This document shows positions 35,700 through 46,211 of a stretch of DNA of 64,000 bases, in pieces. The notes beneath the pieces were generated by a model, which was given only the letters and a program-made list of their open reading frames with translations, was not told the DNA's origin and made no database searches. Each line of letters begins with the position of its first letter. Position 1 is the first letter of the stretch. The position numbers and the translations under genes were made by a program. The stretch comes from Bacteriovorax sp. (lineage in GTDB: Bacteria; Bdellovibrionota; Bacteriovoracia; Bacteriovoracales; Bacteriovoracaceae): the NCBI GenBank assembly GCA_040377165.1, contig JBEIPI010000003.1, positions 727 to 64,726 on the forward strand, in the 5' to 3' direction.

Positions 35700-38600
35700 A
35701 TGCTGGCCGCCCTTAAAAACTTCTTTTTTTACAACGTTTCTCCTCTTGTTAAAAAAGGGCAAGAGAAAATTCTTACATTCGATGACCTACTGGAAGTCCC
35801 TAAAGAATTAGAGCTAAGCCGCAGTCCCGAAATTGTGCCGATTGATTTAACATCCGAAAAAAAATTCCTGAAGACGATTGTTTCTGAGCAAAAGAAATAT
35901 ATTATCAGGGCCTGGTCATTTTATCTTCTCGGCATTTGCGCCAGTCTTTCCACGCCACTTTTTGTGAATCAGTTCATTACTCGTCTGACCAAGATGACAG
36001 AGAATGGTGATTACGCTTCAGTTATCCCTGTCGCCATCGGTATTGGGATGATCGGAATCACTATGGGAATAGGTTATCAGCACAACTTCTATGGAGTCTT
36101 GCGCGCTAATGTGAGAATCGTGGCAAGGTTGAACCGTTTGATTTTCGAGCACGCTTTAAAACTTTCTCAGAAGTCACGCCAGAAAGTAAACGTCGGCGAT
36201 GTGGTCAATCACATGAGCTCAGACAGTGAGGCGATTGCCGATGTTCCGATGTTGATTGGAGATATGGGGTGGGCGACTCTGCTTCTAATTGGAAGCATCT
36301 CCATGCTTTTCTACTACCTTGGGTGGACGGCACTGATTGCGGTTGGAATTCTTTTACTTCTAACACCGGTGACAAGAAAGATTGCTAAAAAATTCATCCA
36401 TCTTGAAGATGAGATGATGAAAAAGCGCGACCACAGAGTGACTTTGATGGGGCAAATTCTTCAGTCAATGCGACTGGTGAAATATTTTGTCTGGGAAAAA
36501 GAAATATCCCAGCAGGTTGCGCAAGTAAGACAAGAAGAAGTGAAAGCAAGAAGAAGTCTCGCCCATGCAGAGATGCTCTCGGGGCTTAGTTTTGTCGCTA
36601 TCTCCACACTGGTTCTTTTTATCGCCCTGTGGGTGCACGTCTTAAGAGGGATGGAATTGACTCCGGCCCTGGTATTGACTTGTGTTTCATTGTTTGGACT
36701 TTTACAGGAACCGATCGGACATCTTCCAGGAGTGCTTTCACGTTTGACCAACGCATGGGTTTCAGTGAAGAGGATCATTGCATTTTTAAGTTCGGAGACA
36801 GTGGAAGGCCATGTGGTGGCGGATGCTCTTGAAATGGAAGGCAAAGCAGTAGTTTTCTCCGGTGTTAATTACTCAAGTGACAACGGCAATTTTAAATTTA
36901 AGAATTTGAATTTTTCGATTGATAAGGGCGAGAGTGTTGCGATCGTCGGAGAGGTGGGGTCAGGGAAAACGACATTGATCCAGCTGATCTTGCAGGAAAT
37001 GAGGCCTGAAGCGGGAAGAGTACAGGTGGCAAGTGATGTCCTGGGGTATGTGAGCCAGGAAAGTTACATCATGAATGCAACCGTGTTGGAAAACCTGAAA
37101 ATGGGCAGGGAGATCAGTGAAATAAAACTGGATGAAGCTCTTCATGCGACGGCAATGGAGAGGGATATTCGTTCTCTTCCTGGTGGTTTATTGACTGAAA
37201 TCGGTGAAAAAGGAGTCAACCTGAGTGGCGGGCAGAAACAACGTCTGTCCCTGGGAAGATGTTACTTGCAGGATCCTGATATCGTGCTGCTTGATGACCC
37301 TCTTTCCGCAGTCGATGTTCATACAGAAAAATTTTTGGTGGATAAGCTCCTTTTTGGGGCATGGAAAAATAAAACTTTGATTATCGCTACTCACAGGCTT
37401 GAAGCGCTGGAGAGATTCGACCGCATTCTTTTCCTTCAGAATGGAGAGATTTCAGCGGAAGGAAAACTTCATGAGCTGTTAGAAAAGAGCCCGGGTTTCA
37501 ATACATTTTATGCTCATCATCTGGAAGTGCACTTGCTGGAGAAATCAGCAGAAGTGCAGGAAGCAGAGAGCGCGGGCAAGAGCGAAACCGAAAGCCGTCT
37601 GATGAGCGATGAAGAAAGGGAAGAGGGAGCGGTAAAAGGCTCGCTATACTGGGACTATGTCAGAGCTTTAGGGGGCGAAGGTAAAAATCATAAACTGATT
37701 ATTGCAACCCTCTTTATCGGAGTCCTGACGATTTCTGTCTTCCCGCTTTTTAATCAATGGTGGTTGAGTTGGTTTTCAGGACATCCGAAAGAAATCACGC
37801 CGATTCAAGGGGTGATGATTTATGGATTGATCGCCCTCATCAGTTTTTTAGTTCAAGTAGGCAATCAGGTTTTCTGGCTTCAGCGCGGGATTAAGGCCGG
37901 AGTTGAACTGCACGATAAAATGCTCGCATCCATTCTGAAAGCGCCGGTGCGCTTCTTTGACACTACCCCAGTGGGAAGACTGCTTCAGCGTTTCTCCAGG
38001 GACCTGGAGTCTGTCGATATTCAATTACAGTGGAGTTTTGAAGCGGCCGTGCAGTCGCTGTTTCAGATCTCAGTTTCTCTCGGGTTAATTATTTTCTCCG
38101 TTCCGTTTGTACTGGTTATTATCATTCCGGTTGGCGTGATTTATTGGAAACTTCAACTTCTTTACCGTGCGTCCGCACGCGAGGCCAAACGAATTGATTC
38201 CATTTCACGTTCACCGAGATACGCTCATTTTAAGGAAACTCTTGGAGGATTACCTGTTATCCGCGCCTACAAAAAAGAAGCATGGTTCAGGGAACAGTTC
38301 TTCACTTACCTGGAAAGAAGCCAACGCGCCTTCGTAAATAATTTTTTACTTAATCGCTGGTTCTCTATCCGCATTCCGATGATTGGTGGGGTTATTTCCG
38401 GCTCAACCGCGCTCTGCCTGGTGTACAGCGTGCACTCAGGGTACCTGACAGCTCCGACTGCCGGGCTGGTCATTCTCTATTCGATGTCTTTCTGGGGAGC
38501 GCTAAACTGGGGAATCCGCATTCTTTCTGATCTTGAATCGCGCATGACTTCTATCGAGAGAATCAGGTTCATGACTCAGATACCAAGCGAGAGGTTGTAC

Positions 38601-39368
38601 TTAACCGAAGAAAGGCAGATGGTGGACGAATCATGGCCGCTGGCAGGGCAGATTCAGTTCAAAGGTGTTTTTGCCCGTTATGATGAAAGTCTTCCCGAAG
38701 TAGTAAAAGGTTTGAATGTGAAAATTCCGGCCCGCGCACAAGTCGGGATTGTCGGAAGAACCGGGGCCGGTAAAACCACGCTGTTTCAGATGTTATATCG
38801 ATTTATTAATGTCCATGCAGGAAGCATTGAGATTGATGGTGTGAATATCGCGAGTGTTGACCTTGAGACATTGCGCTCGAGACTAGCGATCATTCCACAA
38901 GATCCGACACTTTTTATGGGAACATTAAGAAGCAATCTGGACCCTTATTCCAGAAAAAGCGATGCCGATATTTGGCGAGTGTTGAAAGACACTGGTCTTG
39001 AAGAACTGGTAAAAGGACTTCCAGGAATGTTGCTTTCTCCGGTGAGTGACGGTGGAGCTAACCTGTCACAGGGGCAAAGACAGCTTCTATGCCTGGCGCG
39101 AGCGCTGCTTCTGGATGCCAAGATCATCATGCTTGATGAGGCCACGGCCAGTGTGGATGTCGTCTCAGACGCGAAAATTCAAAGAGTGCTCAGGTCACAG
39201 TTAAAGGATAAGACAGTGTTGGTGATTGCCCATAGGTTGGGGACAGTGGCGGATCTTGATTATTTAATGGTTATGAATGACGGACGACTAGAATCGTTTA
39301 AGGCACCTTCAAAAGAGTATATTGAAAAAAGCGCGGCTGAGTTTGGGTTGCAGACTGAAGAAGTTTAG
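35700..39368 (+). CDS. Full-length ABCC/MRP-type ABC exporter (TMD-NBD-TMD-NBD)
   Basis: GEVGSGKT; TEIGEKGVNLSGGQKQR; LDDPLSAVD; FFDTTPVGR; GRTGAGKT; IIPQDP; LSQGQRQL; DEATASVD. Confidence 0.93.
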   Translation: MLAALKNFFFYNVSPLVKKGQEKILTFDDLLEVPKELELSRSPEIVPIDLTSEKKFLKTIVSEQKKYIIRAWSFYLLGICASLSTPLFVNQFITRLTKMTENGDYASVIPVAIGIGMIGITMGIGYQHNFYGVLRANVRIVARLNRLIFEHALKLSQKSRQKVNVGDVVNHMSSDSEAIADVPMLIGDMGWATLLLIGSISMLFYYLGWTALIAVGILLLLTPVTRKIAKKFIHLEDEMMKKRDHRVTLMGQILQSMRLVKYFVWEKEISQQVAQVRQEEVKARRSLAHAEMLSGLSFVAISTLVLFIALWVHVLRGMELTPALVLTCVSLFGLLQEPIGHLPGVLSRLTNAWVSVKRIIAFLSSETVEGHVVADALEMEGKAVVFSGVNYSSDNGNFKFKNLNFSIDKGESVAIVGEVGSGKTTLIQLILQEMRPEAGRVQVASDVLGYVSQESYIMNATVLENLKMGREISEIKLDEALHATAMERDIRSLPGGLLTEIGEKGVNLSGGQKQRLSLGRCYLQDPDIVLLDDPLSAVDVHTEKFLVDKLLFGAWKNKTLIIATHRLEALERFDRILFLQNGEISAEGKLHELLEKSPGFNTFYAHHLEVHLLEKSAEVQEAESAGKSETESRLMSDEEREEGAVKGSLYWDYVRALGGEGKNHKLIIATLFIGVLTISVFPLFNQWWLSWFSGHPKEITPIQGVMIYGLIALISFLVQVGNQVFWLQRGIKAGVELHDKMLASILKAPVRFFDTTPVGRLLQRFSRDLESVDIQLQWSFEAAVQSLFQISVSLGLIIFSVPFVLVIIIPVGVIYWKLQLLYRASAREAKRIDSISRSPRYAHFKETLGGLPVIRAYKKEAWFREQFFTYLERSQRAFVNNFLLNRWFSIRIPMIGGVISGSTALCLVYSVHSGYLTAPTAGLVILYSMSFWGALNWGIRILSDLESRMTSIERIRFMTQIPSERLYLTEERQMVDESWPLAGQIQFKGVFARYDESLPEVVKGLNVKIPARAQVGIVGRTGAGKTTLFQMLYRFINVHAGSIEIDGVNIASVDLETLRSRLAIIPQDPTLFMGTLRSNLDPYSRKSDADIWRVLKDTGLEELVKGLPGMLLSPVSDGGANLSQGQRQLLCLARALLLDAKIIMLDEATASVDVVSDAKIQRVLRSQLKDKTVLVIAHRLGTVADLDYLMVMNDGRLESFKAPSKEYIEKSAAEFGLQTEEV

Positions 39369-39377
39369 GCCTAAAGA

Positions 39378-41399
39378 TTATTTCTCCGGCAGTTCAACCG
39401 TAAATGTTGAACCTTCTCCAAGAACACTCTGAACATAAATACGCCCATGATGGGCCTCTACGATTTGCTTGCAGATATAAAGCCCCAGACCAAGTCCACC
39501 GATGTTTTGCTTATCGCTGACACGTTCAAACCGCTTAAAGATTCTGTCTTGATTATCCAGAGAAATTCCCGGCCCCTGGTCTTTGACTTGAATTTTAATA
39601 ATTGAACCACTTTTCGTTACAGTGGTTATAATCGGTTTTTTCGGAGCGTATTTCGCGGCATTGGTCAGTAGGTTGATGATAACTTGTTCAATGCGAACCT
39701 TATCCCAGCTGCCGATCATATCATCCTCAATTTTTATTTCTACCGGAGACTGTGAATGTTTGAACTGGTGCGAGTACTGGGCCACAACATCAATGATCAT
39801 TTCCTTCATGCTGAAGAACTCTTTATTGAGCGAGAGTTTTCCGGCCGAGATACGTGTGACGTCCAAAAGGTCATCAATTAAAACTGAGAGCCTGGTGATT
39901 TGTCGGTCTGATGTTTCAATCATTTTAAACAGGCGCTCTGGAGTAAGAGCGGCACTGTTTTCATTTTCCAGCTGGCGTGCCATTCCCTGGATCTGCATCT
40001 TGAGTGGAGTCAGCGGGGTTCTCAATTCATGGGAAGCGATTGAAAGGAATTCATCCCTGACTTCAATTGCTTTTTGAGCGTTATCATAAAGCTGCGAACG
40101 ATGAATCGCCTGGGCGCATTGGCGCGCCAAAGAGATCATAAAGTCGCGCTCCAGTTGATCAAACTCTTTGTTAGTGGGAAAACTAAACGACAGCGCCCCT
40201 AAAGATTTTCCTTCCACGCGAAGAGGGATGTAAGCGATAGCATAAGGTCCCTCCATCGGACGCTCCAGATCGCTGTATTTTTCCAGCATATTGGATTTTA
40301 GAAACTTTGCTTCACCAGTTCTAATGGCCTCGGCCACTGGAATATTGGAAGAGGTCGGGAATCTTTTCCATTTGTTGAAGACTTCTTCGCTGTAGCCGAC
40401 TAAGCGCTTGAGCTCCAGAAAGTTTGGGTCCTCTGAAACGAGGACAATCGAACCGGTTGTGGCCTCCATTGATTCAAAGGCCTGGGCAAATACAACATCA
40501 AAAACCTGATCGGGAGTCAGTGCTTCGGAAAACGATTCAGTGATTGTCTGCAGTCTGGTCATTCTGTCGATGGCGAGTTTTAATTGTGTTCGGTTGGCCC
40601 TGAGAGAAGTGATCATTCGGTTAAAGGCATTAGTCACGCGACCGATCTCATCTTTTTCAATGATCGGCGCTTGGTAATTGAGATTTCCCTGGGCAACTTT
40701 TTCAGTAGCATCCAGCAGGTTGAGAATCGACCTTGAAGCGTTTCTTGCCATGGCCCACCCGATGGTGAGTACGAAAGTAAGAAAGAGCAGAAACAAACTG
40801 ATCGCCAGAATCAACGGGCGGTAGCGGTTTTTATACAGGTAAGAGAAAATATCATCGTTTTGCTTAGTGATATGAATCTGAATTTTTCTTAAGATCTCTT
40901 TGGCGTCCATTAGGTATTGGCTTGCTACTAGCAGATCAGCATTCAGTTCTTCAATCTGACTTTGGCTGGAAATATTATGGATGTTTTTCAGCTTTCTAAA
41001 AATGATCTCGTGATTTGACTCCAGGTCATCAAGCGCCAGAATGGCGTTGTTGAGATGAGTGGTGAGAATGTCGTCGTCCTTTGACTGCAGGATACTGTCG
41101 TACAAAAGACGCTTTGTGACTTTCAGGTTCTCTTCAAAGCGGTAACGAAGTTCACTAACATCTTTTCTGACAAAGATGACGTTCATATTCTGTTCTGTCG
41201 AATTTAAGCTTTCAATCGCCTGAGTATTAAGACTTAAAAGCAAGTTCGCCGTATTAAGAGTCTGAATGTCCTGAAGCTGATTGTAGTTTGAAATATAGAT
41301 AGTGAGAAAACACAAAAGGATAAAGACAATAATCGACAGCATTACTGTCCTCAGTCTTTTTACAATTGATGATGATTGTTCAAAAACGTCTTTTTCCAT
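39378..41399 (-). CDS. Membrane sensor histidine kinase (periplasmic helical domain-HAMP-GAF-HisKA-HATPase)
   Basis: DEIGRVTNAFNRM; GAF; ASHELRTPL; NLLTNAAKY; DQGPGI; GLGLGL. Confidence 0.93.
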   Translation of the reverse strand: MEKDVFEQSSSIVKRLRTVMLSIIVFILLCFLTIYISNYNQLQDIQTLNTANLLLSLNTQAIESLNSTEQNMNVIFVRKDVSELRYRFEENLKVTKRLLYDSILQSKDDDILTTHLNNAILALDDLESNHEIIFRKLKNIHNISSQSQIEELNADLLVASQYLMDAKEILRKIQIHITKQNDDIFSYLYKNRYRPLILAISLFLLFLTFVLTIGWAMARNASRSILNLLDATEKVAQGNLNYQAPIIEKDEIGRVTNAFNRMITSLRANRTQLKLAIDRMTRLQTITESFSEALTPDQVFDVVFAQAFESMEATTGSIVLVSEDPNFLELKRLVGYSEEVFNKWKRFPTSSNIPVAEAIRTGEAKFLKSNMLEKYSDLERPMEGPYAIAYIPLRVEGKSLGALSFSFPTNKEFDQLERDFMISLARQCAQAIHRSQLYDNAQKAIEVRDEFLSIASHELRTPLTPLKMQIQGMARQLENENSAALTPERLFKMIETSDRQITRLSVLIDDLLDVTRISAGKLSLNKEFFSMKEMIIDVVAQYSHQFKHSQSPVEIKIEDDMIGSWDKVRIEQVIINLLTNAAKYAPKKPIITTVTKSGSIIKIQVKDQGPGISLDNQDRIFKRFERVSDKQNIGGLGLGLYICKQIVEAHHGRIYVQSVLGEGSTFTVELPEK

Positions 41400-41833
41400 T
41401 ATTCCTTCACGACCTCAATGTATTTTACATCCTTTGGCAGCCTGAATTTTTTAGATACATAACCTACACCTCCAGGAAAACGGCCGACCATTCTGGCCAT
41501 CATCGAGTCCGAGGTTATTTGAATAGGAGCAATGTGGCCGGTGTAGATTTTTTCACCAATCCAGTAGAGCTCGACTTCGCGCAAGGTTTTCCCAACGAAT
41601 TTTTTTAGGAATACATCTCGGCTTTTATTGTCGTCGCGGTGGTCGAAGAATCGCACAGCAGTTCCATCGGGCCATGTACGGTCCTTCTTCATAAAATAAC
41701 CCAACAGTTCTTTTTGTCCGATTTTTGTGAGCGGATTTTTTTGGTTCACAATGAAAACGATATCGTCAGCGCCCCAGGATCTGGGCATAGGAAAGCAGAA
41801 AAATAAGGTCAGGACAAAGATATGAAATTTCAC
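41399..41833 (-). CDS. Single-domain periplasmic binding-protein-like partner of the kinase
   Basis: IVFIVNQKNP...W...PGGVGYV (PstS-like half domain); stop overlaps the kinase start. Confidence 0.75.
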   Translation of the reverse strand: MKFHIFVLTLFFCFPMPRSWGADDIVFIVNQKNPLTKIGQKELLGYFMKKDRTWPDGTAVRFFDHRDDNKSRDVFLKKFVGKTLREVELYWIGEKIYTGHIAPIQITSDSMMARMVGRFPGGVGYVSKKFRLPKDVKYIEVVKE

Positions 41834-42023
41834 CCTTTTATTTATAGCCTGAGCGAAGAGTCAAAATCAATAGTCGACGCATGAGGAAAGCTCTTTAATC
41901 AAGGGAGAATAGCCAGAAAAAGTGGCCAACTAGACAAGTGTAGGGGCTTTAGTGGGCCTGGGCCATAAGTGACGGTATTTATGCAAACTAAAGAAAAAGC
42001 GGACTAAAGGGGTAAGGTATCCT

Positions 42024-42051
42024 TAAAGGGATTGGCGCAATGTTGCGATAA
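42024..42051 (+). promoter_or_regulatory. sigma28 (FliA)-like promoter
   Basis: TAAA-N16-TGCGATAA. Confidence 0.45.
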
Positions 42052-42076
42052 TAGAGAAGAGTAACAATGGGGGCCG

Positions 42077-44674
42077 GTGATGAAGAAGTTAAAAGTTTAT
42101 GGTTTGTTAGGGGCCTTGGTTATAACCAATGTGCACGCTGACCCAACACCTGAAGGCGAACAACCAACATTCTATAATGCCGAAGGAAAGCCCTTCACTT
42201 ATTACGATATTAATGGAAATCCACTTCCACTGGGGACAAAAATCTTCTTAGGAATGGATGCTCGTGGTGGTCCGATTATGAATGCTGACGGCACGGCTTC
42301 AACCGGTGAAGTTGGTTATGCCAGCAAAGAGATAGCTTCCTACTGGAAAGAAAGAGGGACCCCTGGTTTAAATGATTCAGCAAGTGGCGGAGCAGTCTTC
42401 GGACCAAGTGCACCGGCCTCTTCAAGTTCGGTTGTTTTTAAACAGGACGAATACGATAAAAAAGTTTTTGAATTAAACGGGGTTTTATTTGCGGCCAAAG
42501 AAATTGGCGCGAATGCCTGCAAGCCTGCGGGTGATAAAATGCCAGGTTCACTTTCAAACTGGTGGAGCGCTGTAAAAGAGTATTCAACCGGTGAAGTGAG
42601 CAGAGATGAGCTTTTAAATACACGTATCGCTGCTTTAAAAGAGAAAATGGAAGCGATTATTCTGCAGAAAGCATCAAAAGAGCTTCAGCTTGAAGCTATC
42701 CAGATCCAGATTGATTCATTGAATGTCAGTATTGATAGTATCTCGGGGACAAATTACTACACAGGTGATGGGCAGAATGCTGCAAGCACAGGAAGAATTC
42801 CTTTAAGAGAGAAGTTAATTCTTGCTGCTAAAAAATCGGGTGCAAGTAATGCGGAAGAGAACCTGAAGAACGTTGATACATATAACAAGAAATTAATTGA
42901 GGCAGGTCTGAATGCCGCGACAAAAATCGCAGGAGAGGCCTGTGAAAGAAAAAAGAAAGTTCAGCAGTGTGAAACAGTGACAACTTTCCAGGGAAGAGGT
43001 GAAGCAGCTGAGACGACTGAAGAAGTCTGTAAAGAAGTAGAAGTTGCCGATCCGGTTCCAGGTTGTAAAGAGGCGCTGGCCGAGATCCCGGGGATTATTT
43101 CGGGACCAGTGAAGGCCTATGCTGATATTTACCTTCTTCCAAAAGTTCCAAGTAGAGAACTTAACAATAAGATGAGTAAATTAGAAGACGACATTAACGC
43201 TAAAATGATGGCCATCCCTAAGTCATCAGATGAGAAGTATGACTGGTCAACTCCGATGCAAAAAGGAATTGAGGAGATGAGATTGGCGAGAAAAGAGGCG
43301 GGGGCAATATGCCCTAGTTCGGCCAACAGAAAAAGTTATGACAGAAGCAAGCTTGATACAATCGCAGAGGATACACTAGAGACCAAGCCTCTATTTGTTG
43401 GTGTTCTTGTAGAAGGTGTAAATGATATCCATAATGCAGCAGTTTCAGGAGCAGCAAGCGCTTCGGCCACAAACCAGATGAATGATGCCATCGGGTCTTT
43501 TGTAAACGCTCTTGGTGTCTCCAGCAGTAAAGAGGCCGTAACGTCTTTAACTGAAGCGTGGAACACTGCAGATCTGATTATTGGTCAGGCCGGACAGCGT
43601 GGGAATTATTTTACAGTTATCACTGAGAAAGTCGGTGAAGTTCTTGTCCTGGATAAAGCGAAAGTCGCTGAACTGGTCGCGCAAAGAGCGAAACTTGAAA
43701 AATATTTAAGCGATTTAAAGAAAGAATTAGCAGCACCAAAAGCTAATCCAAGCAATGGGTCTGGTTCTCTTGCTAACAATACGCCGAAGAAAACAGAGCT
43801 GGCAGTTCAAGGTGGATCTAAAATGAACGCTGTTGGTGGATTGGAAGGAAATGTTTACACAATCGCCGCAATGGATTCAACACTGGATTCTTTGAACAAC
43901 CTGAAAAACATTAAAGAGAAAGTTGTTTCTCCTGAAGGTCCTGCTATGGCCGCTGGTTTTTCTAACCTGAGCGTACTGGGAATCGCAGGTGGAAACATGA
44001 CTTCAAATACTCTGGGGCTTTCAAGCGGATCACAAGCGGTTGCTAAAAAGTACGATGGAGAGTTGGATAAGGTTGATGCGAAACTTGCGAGTTTAAAATC
44101 CAGTGGACCTTCAATGGTTGCTGAGAAAACAAAAGGGAAATCGACACAGTCATTTTCCGATTCACTAAAAAAAGCTTTTGATACAGTGGCAAACAGTCCT
44201 GCAGCGGCCAGCATTTATAAAGCGGCAGCGGTGTCAAAGACGCTTAATGCATCTGTTGCTGCAGGATCAGGCACTGTGGCCTCAATTGGAGGAGGAAAGT
44301 CTTCTTCCGGCACAAGCGCTTCAGATGCTACAGGAGCTGCGACTTATAAAAAGAGCTATGAGAAAGATCTTGGGTACAGTTATAGCAGTGGTAGCGATTA
44401 TAGTGGATCTACTTCGAGATCATCATCTTCATACCGTACAGTGGGAAGCTCATCCTCTGACTCATCTTCATCAGCGGGTGTGGGACGAGGAATTGCCAGC
44501 GTGCCTGGACAGAGATCGCAGGATTCTAAAATGATCTCTCAAAGTATTCAGGCCAAGAAGTCAAAAAGAAAAGACGCTTATCAGCCTTCAGAAAACGACA
44601 CTCTTTTTGATCGTGTAACAAAGGCCTATATCCGCAATTATGAAAAAGTTGAAGAAAATCCAGTAGGCGAATAG
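42077..44674 (+). CDS. Large secreted coiled-coil protein with a Ser/Gly-rich low-complexity tail
   Basis: Signal peptide (VHA), heptad repeats, Cys pairs, Ser-rich region, terminal helix TLFDRVTKAYIR. Confidence 0.8.
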   Translation: MMKKLKVYGLLGALVITNVHADPTPEGEQPTFYNAEGKPFTYYDINGNPLPLGTKIFLGMDARGGPIMNADGTASTGEVGYASKEIASYWKERGTPGLNDSASGGAVFGPSAPASSSSVVFKQDEYDKKVFELNGVLFAAKEIGANACKPAGDKMPGSLSNWWSAVKEYSTGEVSRDELLNTRIAALKEKMEAIILQKASKELQLEAIQIQIDSLNVSIDSISGTNYYTGDGQNAASTGRIPLREKLILAAKKSGASNAEENLKNVDTYNKKLIEAGLNAATKIAGEACERKKKVQQCETVTTFQGRGEAAETTEEVCKEVEVADPVPGCKEALAEIPGIISGPVKAYADIYLLPKVPSRELNNKMSKLEDDINAKMMAIPKSSDEKYDWSTPMQKGIEEMRLARKEAGAICPSSANRKSYDRSKLDTIAEDTLETKPLFVGVLVEGVNDIHNAAVSGAASASATNQMNDAIGSFVNALGVSSSKEAVTSLTEAWNTADLIIGQAGQRGNYFTVITEKVGEVLVLDKAKVAELVAQRAKLEKYLSDLKKELAAPKANPSNGSGSLANNTPKKTELAVQGGSKMNAVGGLEGNVYTIAAMDSTLDSLNNLKNIKEKVVSPEGPAMAAGFSNLSVLGIAGGNMTSNTLGLSSGSQAVAKKYDGELDKVDAKLASLKSSGPSMVAEKTKGKSTQSFSDSLKKAFDTVANSPAAASIYKAAAVSKTLNASVAAGSGTVASIGGGKSSSGTSASDATGAATYKKSYEKDLGYSYSSGSDYSGSTSRSSSSYRTVGSSSSDSSSSAGVGRGIASVPGQRSQDSKMISQSIQAKKSKRKDAYQPSENDTLFDRVTKAYIRNYEKVEENPVGE

Positions 44675-44704
44675 AACTTATGTAGAGAATTATATGCCTT
44701 GAAT

Positions 44705-44734
44705 AAAAATGCCTCTTTTATAGAGGCATTTTTT
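44705..44734 (+). terminator. Intrinsic terminator
   Basis: AAAAATGCCTCT-TTTAT-AGAGGCATTTTTT. Confidence 0.85.
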
Positions 44735-44743
44735 GTTTTAATC

Positions 44744-44759
44744 CGGTCTTTATCTTGCA
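44744..44759 (+). promoter_or_regulatory. sigma54 promoter
   Basis: CGGTCTTTATCTTGCA (GG-N10-GC) about 53 bp before the CBS gene. Confidence 0.5.
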
Positions 44760-44811
44760 TTCTACCTGTCGTGGCGTTGTCACGAAAATTAAACGATTCA
44801 AGGAGGGTATT

Positions 44812-45258
44812 ATGTTAGTGAAGGATTGTATGACCAAAACAGTAGAGCTGGGGACGCCAAAAATGTCGCTTCACGAAGCTGCAATGAAGATGCGCGATGG
44901 TGATTTTGGAATGCTGCCAGTGCAGGATAATGACCGTCTAGTGGGCATGATCACCGACAGAGACATCGCTATTCGCTGTGTGGCCGAAGGTCGCGATTCA
45001 AAAAACGTGCATGTGGGAGAGGTAATGACAGAGCGTGTGCTTTATTGTTTTGATGATCAAAGCCTCGATGAAGTAGCAAGAAATTTAGGAGAAAACCAAA
45101 TAAGACGCTTGCCTGTAGTAAATAGAGAAAAAAGGTTGGTGGGAATTTTATCCCTTTGTGACCTGGCCCGTGCCCATTTAAATCCTAAACAGCTGGAGAG
45201 TACGATGAACCGCATCTCTGAGCATGATTCAAAAACCAATAACGGATTTATGTACTAA
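44812..45258 (+). CDS. Tandem CBS-domain protein
   Basis: VKDCMT; LVGMITDRDIAIR; IRRLPVV; LVGILSLCD; AGGAGG RBS. Confidence 0.93.
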   Translation: MLVKDCMTKTVELGTPKMSLHEAAMKMRDGDFGMLPVQDNDRLVGMITDRDIAIRCVAEGRDSKNVHVGEVMTERVLYCFDDQSLDEVARNLGENQIRRLPVVNREKRLVGILSLCDLARAHLNPKQLESTMNRISEHDSKTNNGFMY

Positions 45259-45380
45259 ATATACTTTTGGCGTAGATTTCTTAAGCTAATATTAAGCTTT
45301 AACAAAATCGGTGGCAAAATCTGGCAGAAAAGAAAAGATTTTGTTATCGTGAGAGTTCAAATTGAAATGGAAAACTCTCA

Positions 45381-46211
45381 ATGCGCAAAAATGTATTTGC
45401 CTATTTTTATCTTATCGCTCTTGGCGCATTTTTTTTATGCGCACAGGCCGTATTCGCTCAGGACAAGACTAATTACTCCTGTGGCATCGCCACAGGTTTT
45501 CCTCCCTATCAATTTGTTGATCAAAGCGGAAAAAGTTCGGGGCTTGATGTGGAAGTCGCATCCCTCGTTTTTGAGAAAGCTATGTTAAGTGTTTCAATGC
45601 TTCAGGATGACTGGGAAATTCTTTTATTCAACCTGGTTCATAAAAGGAAAATGGTTGATATGCTTTGTGGGGCTGAAATCACCGAGGAGAGGCAGAAGCT
45701 TTTGGATTTCACCATTCCTTACTATAATAGGCGTACGGTTCTTTTCACGCTAAAGAGTCGTCCTATAAAAAAGATCGAAGAGCTTTACGGGAAAATTGTG
45801 GCAGGGGATCTGCACTCTTCATTCGAAAAAACTCTGGGCAATCGTAGAAACAATATCAGGATTATGAAAACAACCACGAAAGAGGAATCTTTTGAGAAGT
45901 TGAAAGACGGGAGTGTTGTGGCGGTGATAGCCCCCATGGAAGTAGGGCTTTATCTTTCAAAAAAACTCAAGATTGAAACAAAAATTTTTGATAATGGAGA
46001 TCCTGGCACTCCAGTAGGGATTGCAGTTAAAAAAGGAGACCAGAAGCTTTTAAATCTGCTTAATTTGACCTTAAAGAAATTATTAGATGGCGGGCAGGTT
46101 AATAAAATTCTCAAGAAGTATGGGCAGCTTGAAGGTAGCTTACCAAGTTCCAAAAGTTATCAAAAAATACCTGTCTCTTTGCTGGCCTCCAATCATGCTA
46201 TTGAACGATAA
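45381..46211 (+). CDS. Solute-binding protein family 3 (polar amino acid type)
   Basis: FPPYQF...GLDVEV; ITEERQKLLDFTIPY; GIAVKKGD. Confidence 0.88.
   Translation: MRKNVFAYFYLIALGAFFLCAQAVFAQDKTNYSCGIATGFPPYQFVDQSGKSSGLDVEVASLVFEKAMLSVSMLQDDWEILLFNLVHKRKMVDMLCGAEITEERQKLLDFTIPYYNRRTVLFTLKSRPIKKIEELYGKIVAGDLHSSFEKTLGNRRNNIRIMKTTTKEESFEKLKDGSVVAVIAPMEVGLYLSKKLKIETKIFDNGDPGTPVGIAVKKGDQKLLNLLNLTLKKLLDGGQVNKILKKYGQLEGSLPSSKSYQKIPVSLLASNHAIER

Noticed and set aside
44380-44480. Ser-rich stretch as a DNA tandem repeat
   Set aside because: Codons are mixed; it is protein-level low complexity.
46140-46196. ORF right after the E3-like RNase as an immunity gene
   Set aside because: Only 18 codons (MIGGQQRDRYFLITFGTW) and antisense to the binding-protein gene; at most a remnant.
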